Source of the DNA: an uncultured delta proteobacterium | Lineage (GTDB): Bacteria > Myxococcota_A > Polyangia > Fen-1088 | Length of the DNA stretch: 64,000 bases | Direction: 5' to 3' | Assembly: GCA_963767925.1 (NCBI GenBank) | Contig: CAVYGB010000013.1 | Span: forward strand, 209,830-273,829 | Part shown: piece after piece, positions 35,718 through 46,105 of the stretch | Numbering within the stretch: position 1 is the first letter of the stretch | How the letters are laid out: every line of letters begins with the position of its first letter | Notes under the pieces: model-generated | What the model saw: only the letters and a program-made list of their open reading frames with translations | What the model was told of the DNA's origin: nothing | The model's database searches: none | Position numbers and translations under genes: made by a program

Positions 35718-37241
35718 TCAGAAGCCGTACTGGAGGCCGAGGGAGCCTTCGGCGACGGCGGCGAGGTTGTCGAAGCCGACCAGGAGGCGGATCTCGGAGG
35801 CGAGGAGGACCTGATCGGTGAGGTTGACGAAGAGGGACGCGCCGGGGCCGACGACCAGGGGGCCGCCGGAGATCGTGTCGCTCGAGACCACGCCGTTCTG
35901 GGGGGCGGGGGCGATCTTGAGGCGGAAGCCGGAGCCGCCGCCCACGGTGGCGGTGGTGAGAAATTGCACCCGATCGCCGCCCCAGACCTCGTAGTGGATG
36001 CGGGCGAACAGGGCGTGGGCGGTGCGGGGGGGCGAGCCGGCGACGCTGCCGTCGGGGCCGCCGCTCGGGCGGAGGTACTGGTGGCGGCTCTGCAGGGACA
36101 GGGCGAGGCGGTCGTCGTACTGGATGCCCAGCTCGGGCATCACGTGCAACATGCCGCCGACCGCGAGGCCGGTGGAGACGCGCTTGCCGGCGTGGTGCTC
36201 GAGGTCGCGGGTCAGGTGGGCGCCCAGGCCCGAGCCGACGCCCAGGCCCAGAAAGAAGCTGCCGGGCGCGCGGCGGACGCCGTCGGTCGGGCGGCGGCGG
36301 GGACGGTCGCCGAGGGCCTCGTCGGGCGGCGCTCCGCCGGTGAGCAGCGAGCTGCCGTCGCGCAGGTCGGCCAGGGCGACCCGGGCCGCAGGCGGAGCGC
36401 CCCGCCGGAGGGCGACGACCCGGGGGGAGCGGTCCTCGCCGAGGCTGGCGGTGACGTGGCCCTCGGCCTCCTCGGCCTCGATGTAGAACTCGAGCGCCCT
36501 GCCGGTCATGTGGTGGGCGGGGACCGAGGCGCTGTAGCCGTCCTTGCCGTCCTTCACCATGCGCAGGGCGGTGTAGTCCCGCTTGCCGGACGATCTATAA
36601 AAGAGGAAGGCGCGCTCTGCCCGCAGGTCGTTGTTGGTCCGGCAGTGGACCTCCATCTCCTCGCGTGGCGGGGCCACCGACGGGACGGGGCAATCGAGGG
36701 GCTGGTAGCCGCTCTCCTCGACCTCCTCGTCCTCCTCGATGGGGCGTTCTTCCGGGGCGGGGCTCTCCTTGTCCTTGCTGAAGCTGTCTCCGCCGGCGCT
36801 GGCCACCTCCGGCGCGGGGGGGGCCAGAAGCTGCTTCTGCCGGCGCTTCGCCTCGCGGAGGGCGCGCAGCACGTTGCTGCGCGATACGTCGCGGGTTGGC
36901 TGGATGGTGGGCCGGATCTGCAGCGCCTGGGCGAAGTAGCGCAGGGCCCGGGGGCGCTCGTTCAGCCCCTGCAGGTACACGATCCCGAGGTGCAGATAGG
37001 TGCGGGCCGCCAGGTCGTGCCCGAGCAGGCCGTTGGTCTCGGCGAGCATCTCGGCGTCGAGGAGCAGACCCTTGGCCTCCTCGTGGCGGTGGGCCTTGTA
37101 GGCGGCGAGGGCGTTCTTGTTGAGCATCAGGATCTGCTCGAGTGTCTCCTCGTCGGCGGCGGCCGCGCGCCGCCCGCCACCCGACACGGCGGCAAGCAGG
37201 ACGAAGAAAGCGAGGGCAACACTCGGTCGGCGGGAGGACAT
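35718..37241 (-). CDS. Secreted TPR-containing protein with beta-barrel-like C-terminus
   Basis: Signal peptide; ARTYLHLGIVY...ALRYFAQAL; Ig-like segment LEFYIEA; ends LGLQYGF. Confidence 0.7.
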   Translation of the reverse strand: MSSRRPSVALAFFVLLAAVSGGGRRAAAADEETLEQILMLNKNALAAYKAHRHEEAKGLLLDAEMLAETNGLLGHDLAARTYLHLGIVYLQGLNERPRALRYFAQALQIRPTIQPTRDVSRSNVLRALREAKRRQKQLLAPPAPEVASAGGDSFSKDKESPAPEERPIEEDEEVEESGYQPLDCPVPSVAPPREEMEVHCRTNNDLRAERAFLFYRSSGKRDYTALRMVKDGKDGYSASVPAHHMTGRALEFYIEAEEAEGHVTASLGEDRSPRVVALRRGAPPAARVALADLRDGSSLLTGGAPPDEALGDRPRRRPTDGVRRAPGSFFLGLGVGSGLGAHLTRDLEHHAGKRVSTGLAVGGMLHVMPELGIQYDDRLALSLQSRHQYLRPSGGPDGSVAGSPPRTAHALFARIHYEVWGGDRVQFLTTATVGGGSGFRLKIAPAPQNGVVSSDTISGGPLVVGPGASLFVNLTDQVLLASEIRLLVGFDNLAAVAEGSLGLQYGF

Positions 37242-37766
37242 ATCCGCTCCTTCTGGGGGCCGGGCTGGCGAGCGTCCATGCGCTTCTCGCCGGCCTGGGT
37301 GGGGGGGCCGCGCGTAACGTAACCCGACGGCATCGGTTTTTCACCCCGGCAACGATGACCGCGCGCGTGGCGCTGGCCGATGACCACCCGCACCAGGCGG
37401 GCCCCGCTGGCTCAGCGCCCGGTCCCGCCGCAGCGACGGCGCGGGCCTTGCCAGCCGCGCGGCCGTGGTCGAGGCCGCCCGCACGGAGACGCGCGGATGA
37501 CCCCGAGGACGGCGTGGCGGTCCCGCCTCGCGCGCTCCTCGCGTCAGGGACCGCCGCTCCGCTGACGCGAGGAGCGTGACGTCGGGTGCGATCGAGGGGG
37601 CAGAAAACCGCGCCTCCGGGCGCGCCCGGCCCCTTTTTTACCGGGGCGGGAGCGCGTTTGCCGGGGCCCGCGCCTGGGCGCACCTGCAAACGATTTCCCC
37701 GACGGAGGGCGATGGACAGCCCCGGGACCCTCGTGCATATCATTTTCCGCACCAGGTACGTCCTTC

Positions 37767-40700
37767 ATGCTCTATCGCACTGTGCTCCGGGTGATGGTGG
37801 TGTTGCTGGGTCTCCTGCTCCCGGGGACGGTCGCGGCCGCGCCCGAGGCGGTCGAGCTGGAGCGTGAGTTCGCGGGCACGGTGCGGCCGTTCCTGGCGGC
37901 CTACTGCACCGGCTGCCACGGCCAGGACAAGCCAAAGGGGCAGCTCGATCTCGGCCAGTACGGCGACACAAAGGCGGTCGTGCGCGACCACCAGCAGTGG
38001 GGCACGGTGCTCGAGGCGCTGGCCAGCAAGGAGATGCCGCCCGAGAAGGCCACGGCGCAGCCCGCCCCCGAGCTGCGGGCCAAGGTCGTCGCCTGGGTGG
38101 AGCGGCTGCGCACCCACGAGGCGGAGCGGAACGCGGGCGACCCCGGCCCGGTGTTGCCGCGCCGGCTGAGCAACGCCGAGCTCGACTACACGGTCCGCGA
38201 TCTCCTCGGCGTCGACCTGCGGCCCACCCGGGAGTTCCCGGTCGATCCGGCCAACGAGGCGGGCTTCGACAACTCCGGCGAGTCGCTGACGATGTCGCCC
38301 GCCCTGCTGAAGAAGTACTTCGAGGCGGCCCGGGGCATGGCCGATCACCTCGTGCTCGAGCCGAGCGGCTTCGCCTTCGGCCCCCACCCCGTGCTCAGCG
38401 AGACCGAGCGGGACAAATACGCTGTTTTGCGCATCGTGGACTTCTACCAGCGGCAGGCCACCGACCTGGCTCGCTACTTCCAGGCCGCCTGGGGCTACCG
38501 GCACCGGGCCGCGCTCGGCCGGCCGGCCGCCTCCCTGGCGGACTGGGCGGCGCAGGAGAAGGTCAGCCCGAAGTACCTCGCCACGGTCTGGACCGCGCTC
38601 ACCGACACGCCGGCGGAGCTGGGGCCGCTGGCCCGGTTGCAAGCGATGTGGCGCGCGTTGCCGGTGCCCGCGGCGGCGGCCCAGGCCGATCAGCAGCGGA
38701 CCGCGCTGCAGGCCGAGACGGGGAAGATGCGCGACTTCGTGGTCGAGCTGCGGGAAAAGGTCGCCCCCCGCTGGCGCAACCTGCAGCTCAAGGGGGTGGG
38801 GGTGGGCTCGCAGCCGTTCGTGCTGTGGCGCAACCGCCAGTACGCCACCCACCGCACCAGCTTCGACCGCAACGCCCTCTGGGCCCGGCAGGATCCGGCC
38901 CACATCGAGGGGGCGGCCCGCCGGGCGGAGTTCGCCCAGGGCCTCTGGTTCCTCAACTTGCAACTGCGGGCGCTCAGCCCCGCCAGCCTCGACGCCTACA
39001 ACATGGACCTGGCCACCGCCCGCATCGGCCACCGGTTCGCCACCTTCGCTCGCGAGCCGGAGCTGGAGATCCCCTCGGGCGTGGAGGCCCGCCAGCGCCA
39101 CGAGGTGGCCTTCGAGCAGTTCTGCAAGATCTTCCCCGACGCCTTCTACGTGTCCGAGCGCGACCGCCCCTACCTGGACCGGCCCAAGGACCGCCAGCTC
39201 AAGGGGCGGCTGCTGGGCGCCGGCTACCACAACATGATGGGGTACTTCCGCGACGACCAGCCGCTCTACGAGATGGTCCTCGACCAGGCCGGGCGGCGCG
39301 AGCTCGATCGGCTGTGGCGAGAGCTCGACTTCATCACCTTCGCCCCCACCCGCCAGCACGCCGACTTCATCTTCTACGAGCGGGCCGAGGGGCCGAAGAT
39401 CGTGCGGGGGGCGGAGTTCGACTTCGCCCGCTCGGAGAACCCCAGCTCGATCACCGACGCGGGCATCGCCCGCCTGGCCCGCCTGTATCTGAAGAAGACC
39501 CGGGAGAGCCTGCGCACGAACGGCGGCGACGCCATCGCCATCGAGGTGCTCGAGGACTTCTTCAAGTCGGTGGCCAGGAACATCCGCCAGGCCGAGCGGG
39601 ACCGCAAGGCGGCCCAGCCCAGCCACCTCGCGGCGCTCGTCACCTTCGCCGAGCGGGCCTACCGCCGGCCGCTGCAGCGGTCGGAGCGGGCCGACCTGCT
39701 GGCCTTTTACCGGTCGCTGCGCGGGAAGCAGGGCCTGGACCACGAGCAGGCCATGCGCGACACGGTGACCAGCATCCTGGTGTCGCCCCACTTCCTGTAC
39801 CGCCTCGATCTCGACACGCGGTCGCGCGGGGTGGGCCGGGGCAAGACCGCCCGCCCGCTCGAGTCCTACGCCCTGGCCAGCCGGCTCAGCTACTTCCTCT
39901 GGTCGAGCATGCCCGACGCCGAGCTGCTGACCCACGCCGCCGCCGGCGACCTGCACCGGCCCGAGGTGCTGGCCGCCCAGGCCCGCCGCATGTTGCAGGA
40001 CGAGCGGGCCCGGGCGCTGGCGGTCGAGTTCGCCGGCAACTGGCTCGACTTCCGCCGGTTCGAGGAGCACAACAGCGTCGACCGCGAGCGCTTCCCCAGC
40101 TTCGACGGGGGCCTGCGCCAGGCCATGTTCGAGGAGCCGATCCGGTTCCTCCTCGACATCGTCCGGGCCGACGGCTCGCTGCTCGACCTCCTCCACGGCA
40201 AGCACACCTTCGTGAACGCCACCCTGGCCCGGCACTACGGCATGCCGGCGCCGAGCGACCCCCAGGCCTGGGTGCGGGTGGCCGACGCCGACCGCTACGG
40301 CCGGGGCGGGCTGCTGCCGATGTCGGTCTTCCTCACCAAGAACGCGCCCGGGCTGCGCACCAGCCCGGTCAAGCGCGGCTACTGGGTGGTCCGGCGGGTG
40401 CTGGGCGAGCAGATCCCGCCGCCGCCCGCCCAGGTCCCGGACCTGCCCAGCGACGAGCGGCAGCTGGGCAACCTCACCCTGCGCGAGGTGCTGGCCAGAC
40501 ACCGGGAGGACACGGCCTGCGCCGGCTGCCACGCCCGCTTCGATTCCTTCGGCCTGGCCTTCGAGGGGTACGGCCCCATCGGCGAGGTGCGCACGCGCGA
40601 CCTCGGCGGCCGGCCGGTCGAGACCAGCGCCGCCTTCCCGGGCGGCAGCGAGGGCGACGGCGTGCAGGGGTTGCGCGACTACCTGCGGGCCCACCGCCAG

Positions 40701-40910
40701 GACGACTTCCTCGAGAACTTCACCCGCAAGCTGCTCAGCTACGCGCTGTCGCGAACCCTCTTGCTGTCGGACGGACCGGCGGTCAAGGAGATGATGGCGC
40801 GCCTGAAGACCAGCGGGCACCGCTTCGGCGTCCTGATCGAGGAGATCGTGACGAGCCCCCAGTTTCTGACAAAACGGACCGGCGAGACGCTGGCACAAGG
40901 GAGCCACTGA
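37767..40910 (+). CDS. Long DUF1592/1588/1585/1587/1595 protein with N-terminal cytochrome c domain
   Basis: CTGCH and CAGCH; RRLSNAELDYTVRDL; SPHFLYR; ALASRLSYFLWSSMPD; TSPVKRG. Confidence 0.92.
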   Translation: MLYRTVLRVMVVLLGLLLPGTVAAAPEAVELEREFAGTVRPFLAAYCTGCHGQDKPKGQLDLGQYGDTKAVVRDHQQWGTVLEALASKEMPPEKATAQPAPELRAKVVAWVERLRTHEAERNAGDPGPVLPRRLSNAELDYTVRDLLGVDLRPTREFPVDPANEAGFDNSGESLTMSPALLKKYFEAARGMADHLVLEPSGFAFGPHPVLSETERDKYAVLRIVDFYQRQATDLARYFQAAWGYRHRAALGRPAASLADWAAQEKVSPKYLATVWTALTDTPAELGPLARLQAMWRALPVPAAAAQADQQRTALQAETGKMRDFVVELREKVAPRWRNLQLKGVGVGSQPFVLWRNRQYATHRTSFDRNALWARQDPAHIEGAARRAEFAQGLWFLNLQLRALSPASLDAYNMDLATARIGHRFATFAREPELEIPSGVEARQRHEVAFEQFCKIFPDAFYVSERDRPYLDRPKDRQLKGRLLGAGYHNMMGYFRDDQPLYEMVLDQAGRRELDRLWRELDFITFAPTRQHADFIFYERAEGPKIVRGAEFDFARSENPSSITDAGIARLARLYLKKTRESLRTNGGDAIAIEVLEDFFKSVARNIRQAERDRKAAQPSHLAALVTFAERAYRRPLQRSERADLLAFYRSLRGKQGLDHEQAMRDTVTSILVSPHFLYRLDLDTRSRGVGRGKTARPLESYALASRLSYFLWSSMPDAELLTHAAAGDLHRPEVLAAQARRMLQDERARALAVEFAGNWLDFRRFEEHNSVDRERFPSFDGGLRQAMFEEPIRFLLDIVRADGSLLDLLHGKHTFVNATLARHYGMPAPSDPQAWVRVADADRYGRGGLLPMSVFLTKNAPGLRTSPVKRGYWVVRRVLGEQIPPPPAQVPDLPSDERQLGNLTLREVLARHREDTACAGCHARFDSFGLAFEGYGPIGEVRTRDLGGRPVETSAAFPGGSEGDGVQGLRDYLRAHRQDDFLENFTRKLLSYALSRTLLLSDGPAVKEMMARLKTSGHRFGVLIEEIVTSPQFLTKRTGETLAQGSH

Positions 40911-40911
40911 C

Positions 40912-42249
40912 ATGAAACCAGAGTCGAGGGAATCACCCGCTCGGCGCCGCGACCGCCTCTCCCGCCGCACCCTGCTGCGCGGGGCGGGAGTGGCCATGGC
41001 CCTGCCCTGGCTCGAGTCGGTGCCGGTGTGGGCGGCCGATCTGGCCCCCAAGGCCTCGCCCTTCCCGAAGCGCTTCGCCGTGCTCTTCATGGGCAACGGG
41101 ATCAACGGGAACCACTGGTGGGCCCAGGGCGAGGGCAAGGACATGGAGCTCGGCAAGAGCCTGGCGCCCATGGAGCCGCTCAAGGCCAAGATGAACTTCA
41201 TCACCGGCCTGTTCAACAAGCCCTCGACCGGGGTGGGGATCCACCCGGGCATGACCGGCAACATCCTGTCGGGCGTGCCCCTGCAGAAGGGCGCCGTGCT
41301 CAAGGGCGGCGTCAGCATGGACCAGGTGCTGGCCGAGCGCCTCGGCGCCGACACCATGCAGCCGAGCATGGTGCTGGGCTGCGAGCAGCCCAACACCGGG
41401 TTCCACGAGACGAACTTCTCGATGGCCTACAGCTCGCACATCTCCTGGAACACCCCCAACTCGCCGGTGCCGATGGAGGTCTACCCCTCGCTGGCCTTCG
41501 ACAGCCTGTTCGAGAACCGGGGCAGCCGCCGCACCCAGAGCATCCTCGACCGGGTAAAGGACCAGGCCCGCGGGCTCAGCCGCAAGGCCGGCGCCGGGGA
41601 TCGCTACAAGCTCGACGAATATTTCACCAGCGTCAGCGAGGTGGAAAAACGGGTCCTGCGCCTGCGGACCGGCAAGGTCAAGGCGGACGCCGGCAAGCCG
41701 GCCGCGATCGGCATGGCGGCGCCGGCCAAGGGGCTGCCCGAGGACCTGCGCGAGCACATGAAGCTGATGTGCGACATCGCCGCGCTCGCCTTCCAGACCG
41801 ACAAGACCCGGGTGGTGTCCCTGCTGCTGTGCCGGGACCTGTCCGGGCTGTTTTACCCCTTCCTCGAGCTGCGCGACTCCCACCACCCCGCCTCGCACCG
41901 GGACCTCAGCGACGACTACGAGCGGATCTCCCGCTACTACTGCAGCCAGGTCGCCTACCTGGCCGGGCGACTGGACGCCATGGCCGAGGGGGAGGGCACC
42001 GTGCTCGACAACTCCTGCCTGATGTTCCTGTCGAACATGTGGTCGGGCTTCCGGCACGACAACAGCAAGCTGCCCCTGCTCACGGTGGGCGGCCTGCAGG
42101 GCACCCTGAAGACCGGCCGGGTCCTCGACTACCTCGAGAAGGGGGACGAGAACCGCAAGGTGTGCAGCCTGTACCTGTCGCTCATGGACCGGATGGGCGT
42201 CACCCTCGACCGCTTCGGCGACGCCACCACCCGCCTCGCCGAGGTGTGA
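40912..42249 (+). CDS. DUF1552 family protein (Tat substrate)
   Basis: SRRTLLRGAG.MALPWLES; SMDQVLA; SILD; LDEYFTSV; AFQTDKTRV; TVLDNS. Confidence 0.92.
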   Translation: MKPESRESPARRRDRLSRRTLLRGAGVAMALPWLESVPVWAADLAPKASPFPKRFAVLFMGNGINGNHWWAQGEGKDMELGKSLAPMEPLKAKMNFITGLFNKPSTGVGIHPGMTGNILSGVPLQKGAVLKGGVSMDQVLAERLGADTMQPSMVLGCEQPNTGFHETNFSMAYSSHISWNTPNSPVPMEVYPSLAFDSLFENRGSRRTQSILDRVKDQARGLSRKAGAGDRYKLDEYFTSVSEVEKRVLRLRTGKVKADAGKPAAIGMAAPAKGLPEDLREHMKLMCDIAALAFQTDKTRVVSLLLCRDLSGLFYPFLELRDSHHPASHRDLSDDYERISRYYCSQVAYLAGRLDAMAEGEGTVLDNSCLMFLSNMWSGFRHDNSKLPLLTVGGLQGTLKTGRVLDYLEKGDENRKVCSLYLSLMDRMGVTLDRFGDATTRLAEV

Positions 42250-42323
42250 GCCCGGTCGGGCGGGGCCTGACGAGGTCCGTGGACGCCCGGGGTCGGTGCG
42301 GGTAGCATGAGGTCGCACCCCGT

Positions 42324-43571
42324 GTGGTGGGGCAGGTGAACGTGAGCTCAGACGAGAGTGGGGACTCCCAGACGGAGCTGGAGGCCAGCTCCGGGATCGT
42401 GGCGTCCGGCGCGGTCGACGCGGCCGGAGGGGGGCCCCTGGGCTTGCAGCTCGTGTTCCCCGAGCTGCGCCCGGAGGCGGTGGCGCCGACCGCGGGGGTG
42501 CCGCTGGTGCTGGGACGAGACGGGGACGGCGACGGGCGCCTCAGCGGCAGCGAGATCTCCCGGCGCCACGGCGAGCTGCGGGTGGCGGGCGACCGGCTGG
42601 TGCTGCGCGACCTCGACAGCAGCAACGGCCTCTTCGTCAACGGCGCCCGCTGCCCCGAGGCGGCGCTGGTCCTCGGCGACGTCGTTCGGATGGGCGAGTG
42701 GGTCGGGGTGGTGGTGCCGCTGCAGGCCGCCCCGGTCGTCGACGACCTGCACCTGGGGCCCATCGCCCGGCCGGTGGTCCTGCGCGCCGCCCGGGTGGCC
42801 CGGACGCGCCTGCCGGTGCTGATCGAGGGGGAGACCGGCACCGGCAAGGAGCGGCTGGCCCGCGCCATCCACGAGTGGTCGGAGCGTCCGGGCCCCTTCA
42901 TCGCCCTCGACAGCGCCACCCTGACCGGCCCCCAGGCCGAGGGGGAGCTGTTCGCCCAGCACGGGGGCAGCCTGTTCCTCGACGAGGTGACCCACCTGCC
43001 GCCGGAGTCGCAGCCGCTGCTGCTGCGGGCGCTGGCCGCGGTCGCCGGGGAGAGCCCGCCCGGGGCCGGGCCGGGGGCCCCCGACGTGCGCCTCCTGGCC
43101 GCCACCCGGGTCCCGCTGGCCGGAGCCGTCGCCGAGCGGGGCTTCCTGCCCGAGCTGCAGGCCCGGCTCGAGCGCTTCACCCTGCGGCTGCCGCCCCTGC
43201 GCGAGCGGCGCGCCGACGTGCTCGCCCTGTTCGTGCACCTGCTGGCCCAGCACGGCCTCGTCGCTCCCGAGCTGTCGACCCGCCTGGTGGAGGCCCTGTG
43301 CGCCTACGACTGGCCCTTCAACGTCCGGGAGCTGGACCACCTGACCGAGCAGCTCACCTTGCTGCACGGCCAGGAGCCGATGTTCCGGCGCTCGCACCTG
43401 CCCGACCGCATCCGATATTACCGCTCGGGCCCGCCGCCGCCGGGCGAGCCGAGCCGCCAGGTCATCCTGTCGGAGCTGACCGCCACCGGCGGCAACCTCG
43501 CCCGCGCCTCGCAGCGCCTGGGCATCTCCCGCCAGGACGCCACCCGCATCCTCGAGGACGACTCGCGCTAG
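42324..43571 (+). CDS. FHA + sigma54-interacting AAA+ + Fis-HTH regulator lacking the GAFTGA loop
   Basis: FHA ISRRH..DSSNG; Walker A GETGTGKE; FLDEV; YDWPFNVREL; HTH GNLARASQRLGISR. Confidence 0.88.
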   Translation: MVGQVNVSSDESGDSQTELEASSGIVASGAVDAAGGGPLGLQLVFPELRPEAVAPTAGVPLVLGRDGDGDGRLSGSEISRRHGELRVAGDRLVLRDLDSSNGLFVNGARCPEAALVLGDVVRMGEWVGVVVPLQAAPVVDDLHLGPIARPVVLRAARVARTRLPVLIEGETGTGKERLARAIHEWSERPGPFIALDSATLTGPQAEGELFAQHGGSLFLDEVTHLPPESQPLLLRALAAVAGESPPGAGPGAPDVRLLAATRVPLAGAVAERGFLPELQARLERFTLRLPPLRERRADVLALFVHLLAQHGLVAPELSTRLVEALCAYDWPFNVRELDHLTEQLTLLHGQEPMFRRSHLPDRIRYYRSGPPPPGEPSRQVILSELTATGGNLARASQRLGISRQDATRILEDDSR

Positions 43572-43580
43572 TCCAGGGCC

Positions 43581-44324
43581 CTAGCGGCGGGAGCTGGCGA
43601 AGCGCCGGGGCGCTCCGCCCGCCACCGGGCCGGTGCGGTCGAGGATCAGGATGAGGGCCATGCCGGCGAGGAAGCCGCCGATGTGAGCCATGTAGGCCAC
43701 GCCGCCGCCCGCGCCGCCCACCACCGAGACCTGGCTGACGATCTGCAGGACGATCCAGCCGCCCAGCACCACCAGGGCGGGCAGGGCCACCACCCGGTTG
43801 ACGAACAGCACCCGCACCTGGTTGCGGGGGTGGCGGATCAGGTAGGCGCCGAGCACGCCGGCGATGGCGCCCGAGGCGCCCAGGCAGGGGATGAGGGACC
43901 TGGGCTGGAACACCACCTGGGCCAGCCCCGCCGCCAGGCCACACAGCAGGTAGAAGATCAGGAACTTGGCCCGCCCCAGGCGGTCTTCGATCTGGTCGCC
44001 GAAGATCCACAGGTAGACCATGTTGCCGATGATGTGCATCCAGGACCCGTGCATGAACATCGAGGTCAGCAGGGTGAGGTAGATGGGGAACGGCCCGGCG
44101 TAGTGCCGCAGGGCCACCGACTGGCCGTCGACGAGGATCCGCTTGGTGCCGACGATGTCGGTGCCGCTGGTGATCTCGTAGGGAACCGTGGAAAAGCCCA
44201 TGGTGAAGGCGTCGCCCATCGAGAGCTGCAGCAGCCAGACCAGGACGTTGACCAGGATCAGCCCATACACAATCATCGGTCGGGTGCGGCGAGCCGCGTT
44301 GTCATCGCCGAGCGGAATGAACAT
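43581..44324 (-). CDS. Rhomboid intramembrane serine protease
   Basis: MFMHGSWMHIIGNM, GASGAI, AHIGG. Confidence 0.93.
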   Translation of the reverse strand: MFIPLGDDNAARRTRPMIVYGLILVNVLVWLLQLSMGDAFTMGFSTVPYEITSGTDIVGTKRILVDGQSVALRHYAGPFPIYLTLLTSMFMHGSWMHIIGNMVYLWIFGDQIEDRLGRAKFLIFYLLCGLAAGLAQVVFQPRSLIPCLGASGAIAGVLGAYLIRHPRNQVRVLFVNRVVALPALVVLGGWIVLQIVSQVSVVGGAGGGVAYMAHIGGFLAGMALILILDRTGPVAGGAPRRFASSRR

Positions 44325-44447
44325 GGCACCTCCCTGAAAGACCGCCGTCAGCGCGGCTCGGGATCACCGTGTGTCCGGTGAGCACAGGAGGCAAGCGGAG
44401 CCAGGTTGCGGGGGCTCGGCGTTCGGTAGTAGGAAAGGTGCATGCGG

Positions 44448-44761
44448 CGAGATCGTGCCGTCACAACCTGGCGGCCGGGTTCCCCATCGCCGGGATCCTG
44501 CTGGCGGTGGGCTTCGTGATGGAGGCGGCCGTCTCGGGCCGGGCCTCCGAGTCGACCCAGCAGGCGGCGCTGCAGGCGGCCAGGTTCCTGGGCGTCAGCC
44601 TGGTGCTCGTCTATGCCTTCCGCCTCATCACCGACTTCGTCATGTTGCCGAAACTGAAGCTCCAGCAGGCCATCGCCGAACAAAAGAACGTCGGCGCGGG
44701 CATCCAGGAGGGCATCTCCTTCGTGCTGGCCTCCCTGGTCGTGACCTTCTTCCTGACTTGA
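44448..44761 (+). pseudogene. DUF350-like membrane protein fragment
   Basis: HNLAAG..AGILLAVG...AIAEQKNVGAGIQEG parallels the second half of the 51797-52612 protein; no credible start. Confidence 0.5.
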
Positions 44762-44829
44762 GCGCCGAAAGGGGCGCGCGGCATCCAGATAGGCCGACGC
44801 GACGCTCGCCGGCGACCTAGGGTACTGAC

Positions 44830-45972
44830 ATGGACCCGGCAATGAATCCGGATCGACGCGCGCGTCGCTTCTTCACCGTCCTCCTGGTCGGCACCATGGT
44901 GCTGGCGGCGCTGGTGGCCCGGCCGCTGGCGACGGCGCTGTTCATGGCCGCGGTGCTGGCCGGGTCCCTCTGGCCGCTGCAGAAGCGGCTGCAGCGCCCG
45001 CTGCGGCGGCGCTCGATCGCGGCCTCGCTGCTGGCGCTGGGGGTGGTGGTGTTGATCCTGGGGCCGCTGGTGGCCTTCTCCACCTACCTGGTCAACGAGA
45101 TCGCCCAGGCCTTCCAGTTCATCAGCGACACCTTTCGCAGCGGGGGGGTCCCTGGACTGCGCGAGCGCCTGCCCGATGGGGTCGACCGGGTGCTGAGCGC
45201 CATCCTCGAGTGGATCTCCGAGCGGTCCGGGGGAAAGTTCGACGCCAGCATGGTGCAGCGGCAGGTGACGGCCCAGGGGGGCAAGGCAGTCGTGGCGGTG
45301 GGCGCGGCGGTGTCGGCGACCGGTTCGCTGCTGTTCCAGGGGACGATGATGATCGTCGCCCTCTACTTCTTCCTCGTCGAGGGGGACGAGCTGGTCGACT
45401 GGCTGGACCGGGTCTCGCCGCTGCGACCCGGCCAGACGCAGGAGCTCATGCTGGAGTTCAAGAAGGTCACCTACGCGGTGATCATCTCGACCGTCATCAC
45501 GGCCGCGGTGCAAGCGGCGGCGGCGACCATCGGGTACCTCATCGCCCGCGTGCCCAACCCGATCTTCTTCGCCGGGTTGACCTTCATCATCGCCTTCATC
45601 CCCGCGGTCGGGGCGGCCTCGATCTGCCTGGCGGCGGCGGGGCTGCTGTTCGTGACCGGCCACCGGGCGGCGGCCATCTTCCTGGCGATCTGGGGGGTGG
45701 CGGTGGTCGGCCTGGTGGACAACGTGGTCAAGCCCTACCTCATCAAGGCCGGGATGGAGCTCCGGGGGGCCGTCGTGTTCTTCGCCCTCATCGGAGGCCT
45801 TGGCGCCTTCGGGACGGTGGGGCTCTTGCTCGGACCGCTGGTCGTGGCGGCGTTCATGGCCCTGACCCGGATGTACGAGCGGGACTTCAAGACCCGCAAG
45901 CCCCCGCCGAAGCCGGGCGCCCGCCCCGAAGGCCAGGCGGAAGACGCAGCCGACGACGACGCTTCGACCTAG
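44830..45972 (+). CDS. AI-2E (PerM) family transporter
   Basis: ALYFFLVEG, AFIPAVG, VDNVVKP, GGLGAFG..GLLLGP. Confidence 0.92.
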   Translation: MDPAMNPDRRARRFFTVLLVGTMVLAALVARPLATALFMAAVLAGSLWPLQKRLQRPLRRRSIAASLLALGVVVLILGPLVAFSTYLVNEIAQAFQFISDTFRSGGVPGLRERLPDGVDRVLSAILEWISERSGGKFDASMVQRQVTAQGGKAVVAVGAAVSATGSLLFQGTMMIVALYFFLVEGDELVDWLDRVSPLRPGQTQELMLEFKKVTYAVIISTVITAAVQAAAATIGYLIARVPNPIFFAGLTFIIAFIPAVGAASICLAAAGLLFVTGHRAAAIFLAIWGVAVVGLVDNVVKPYLIKAGMELRGAVVFFALIGGLGAFGTVGLLLGPLVVAAFMALTRMYERDFKTRKPPPKPGARPEGQAEDAADDDAST

Positions 45973-46105
45973 CCGATCGGCGCCTGGCGCCAGATTGGCA
46001 GGGGCCGGGTGGGCGTCTCGACCCGGGCGGCGGCGCGACGTCGGGCGAGGGCCTGGGCGGGTGGGGCTGGAGCGGTGGTCCGAGGTTTGCGAGACTGGGG
46101 GGTAT

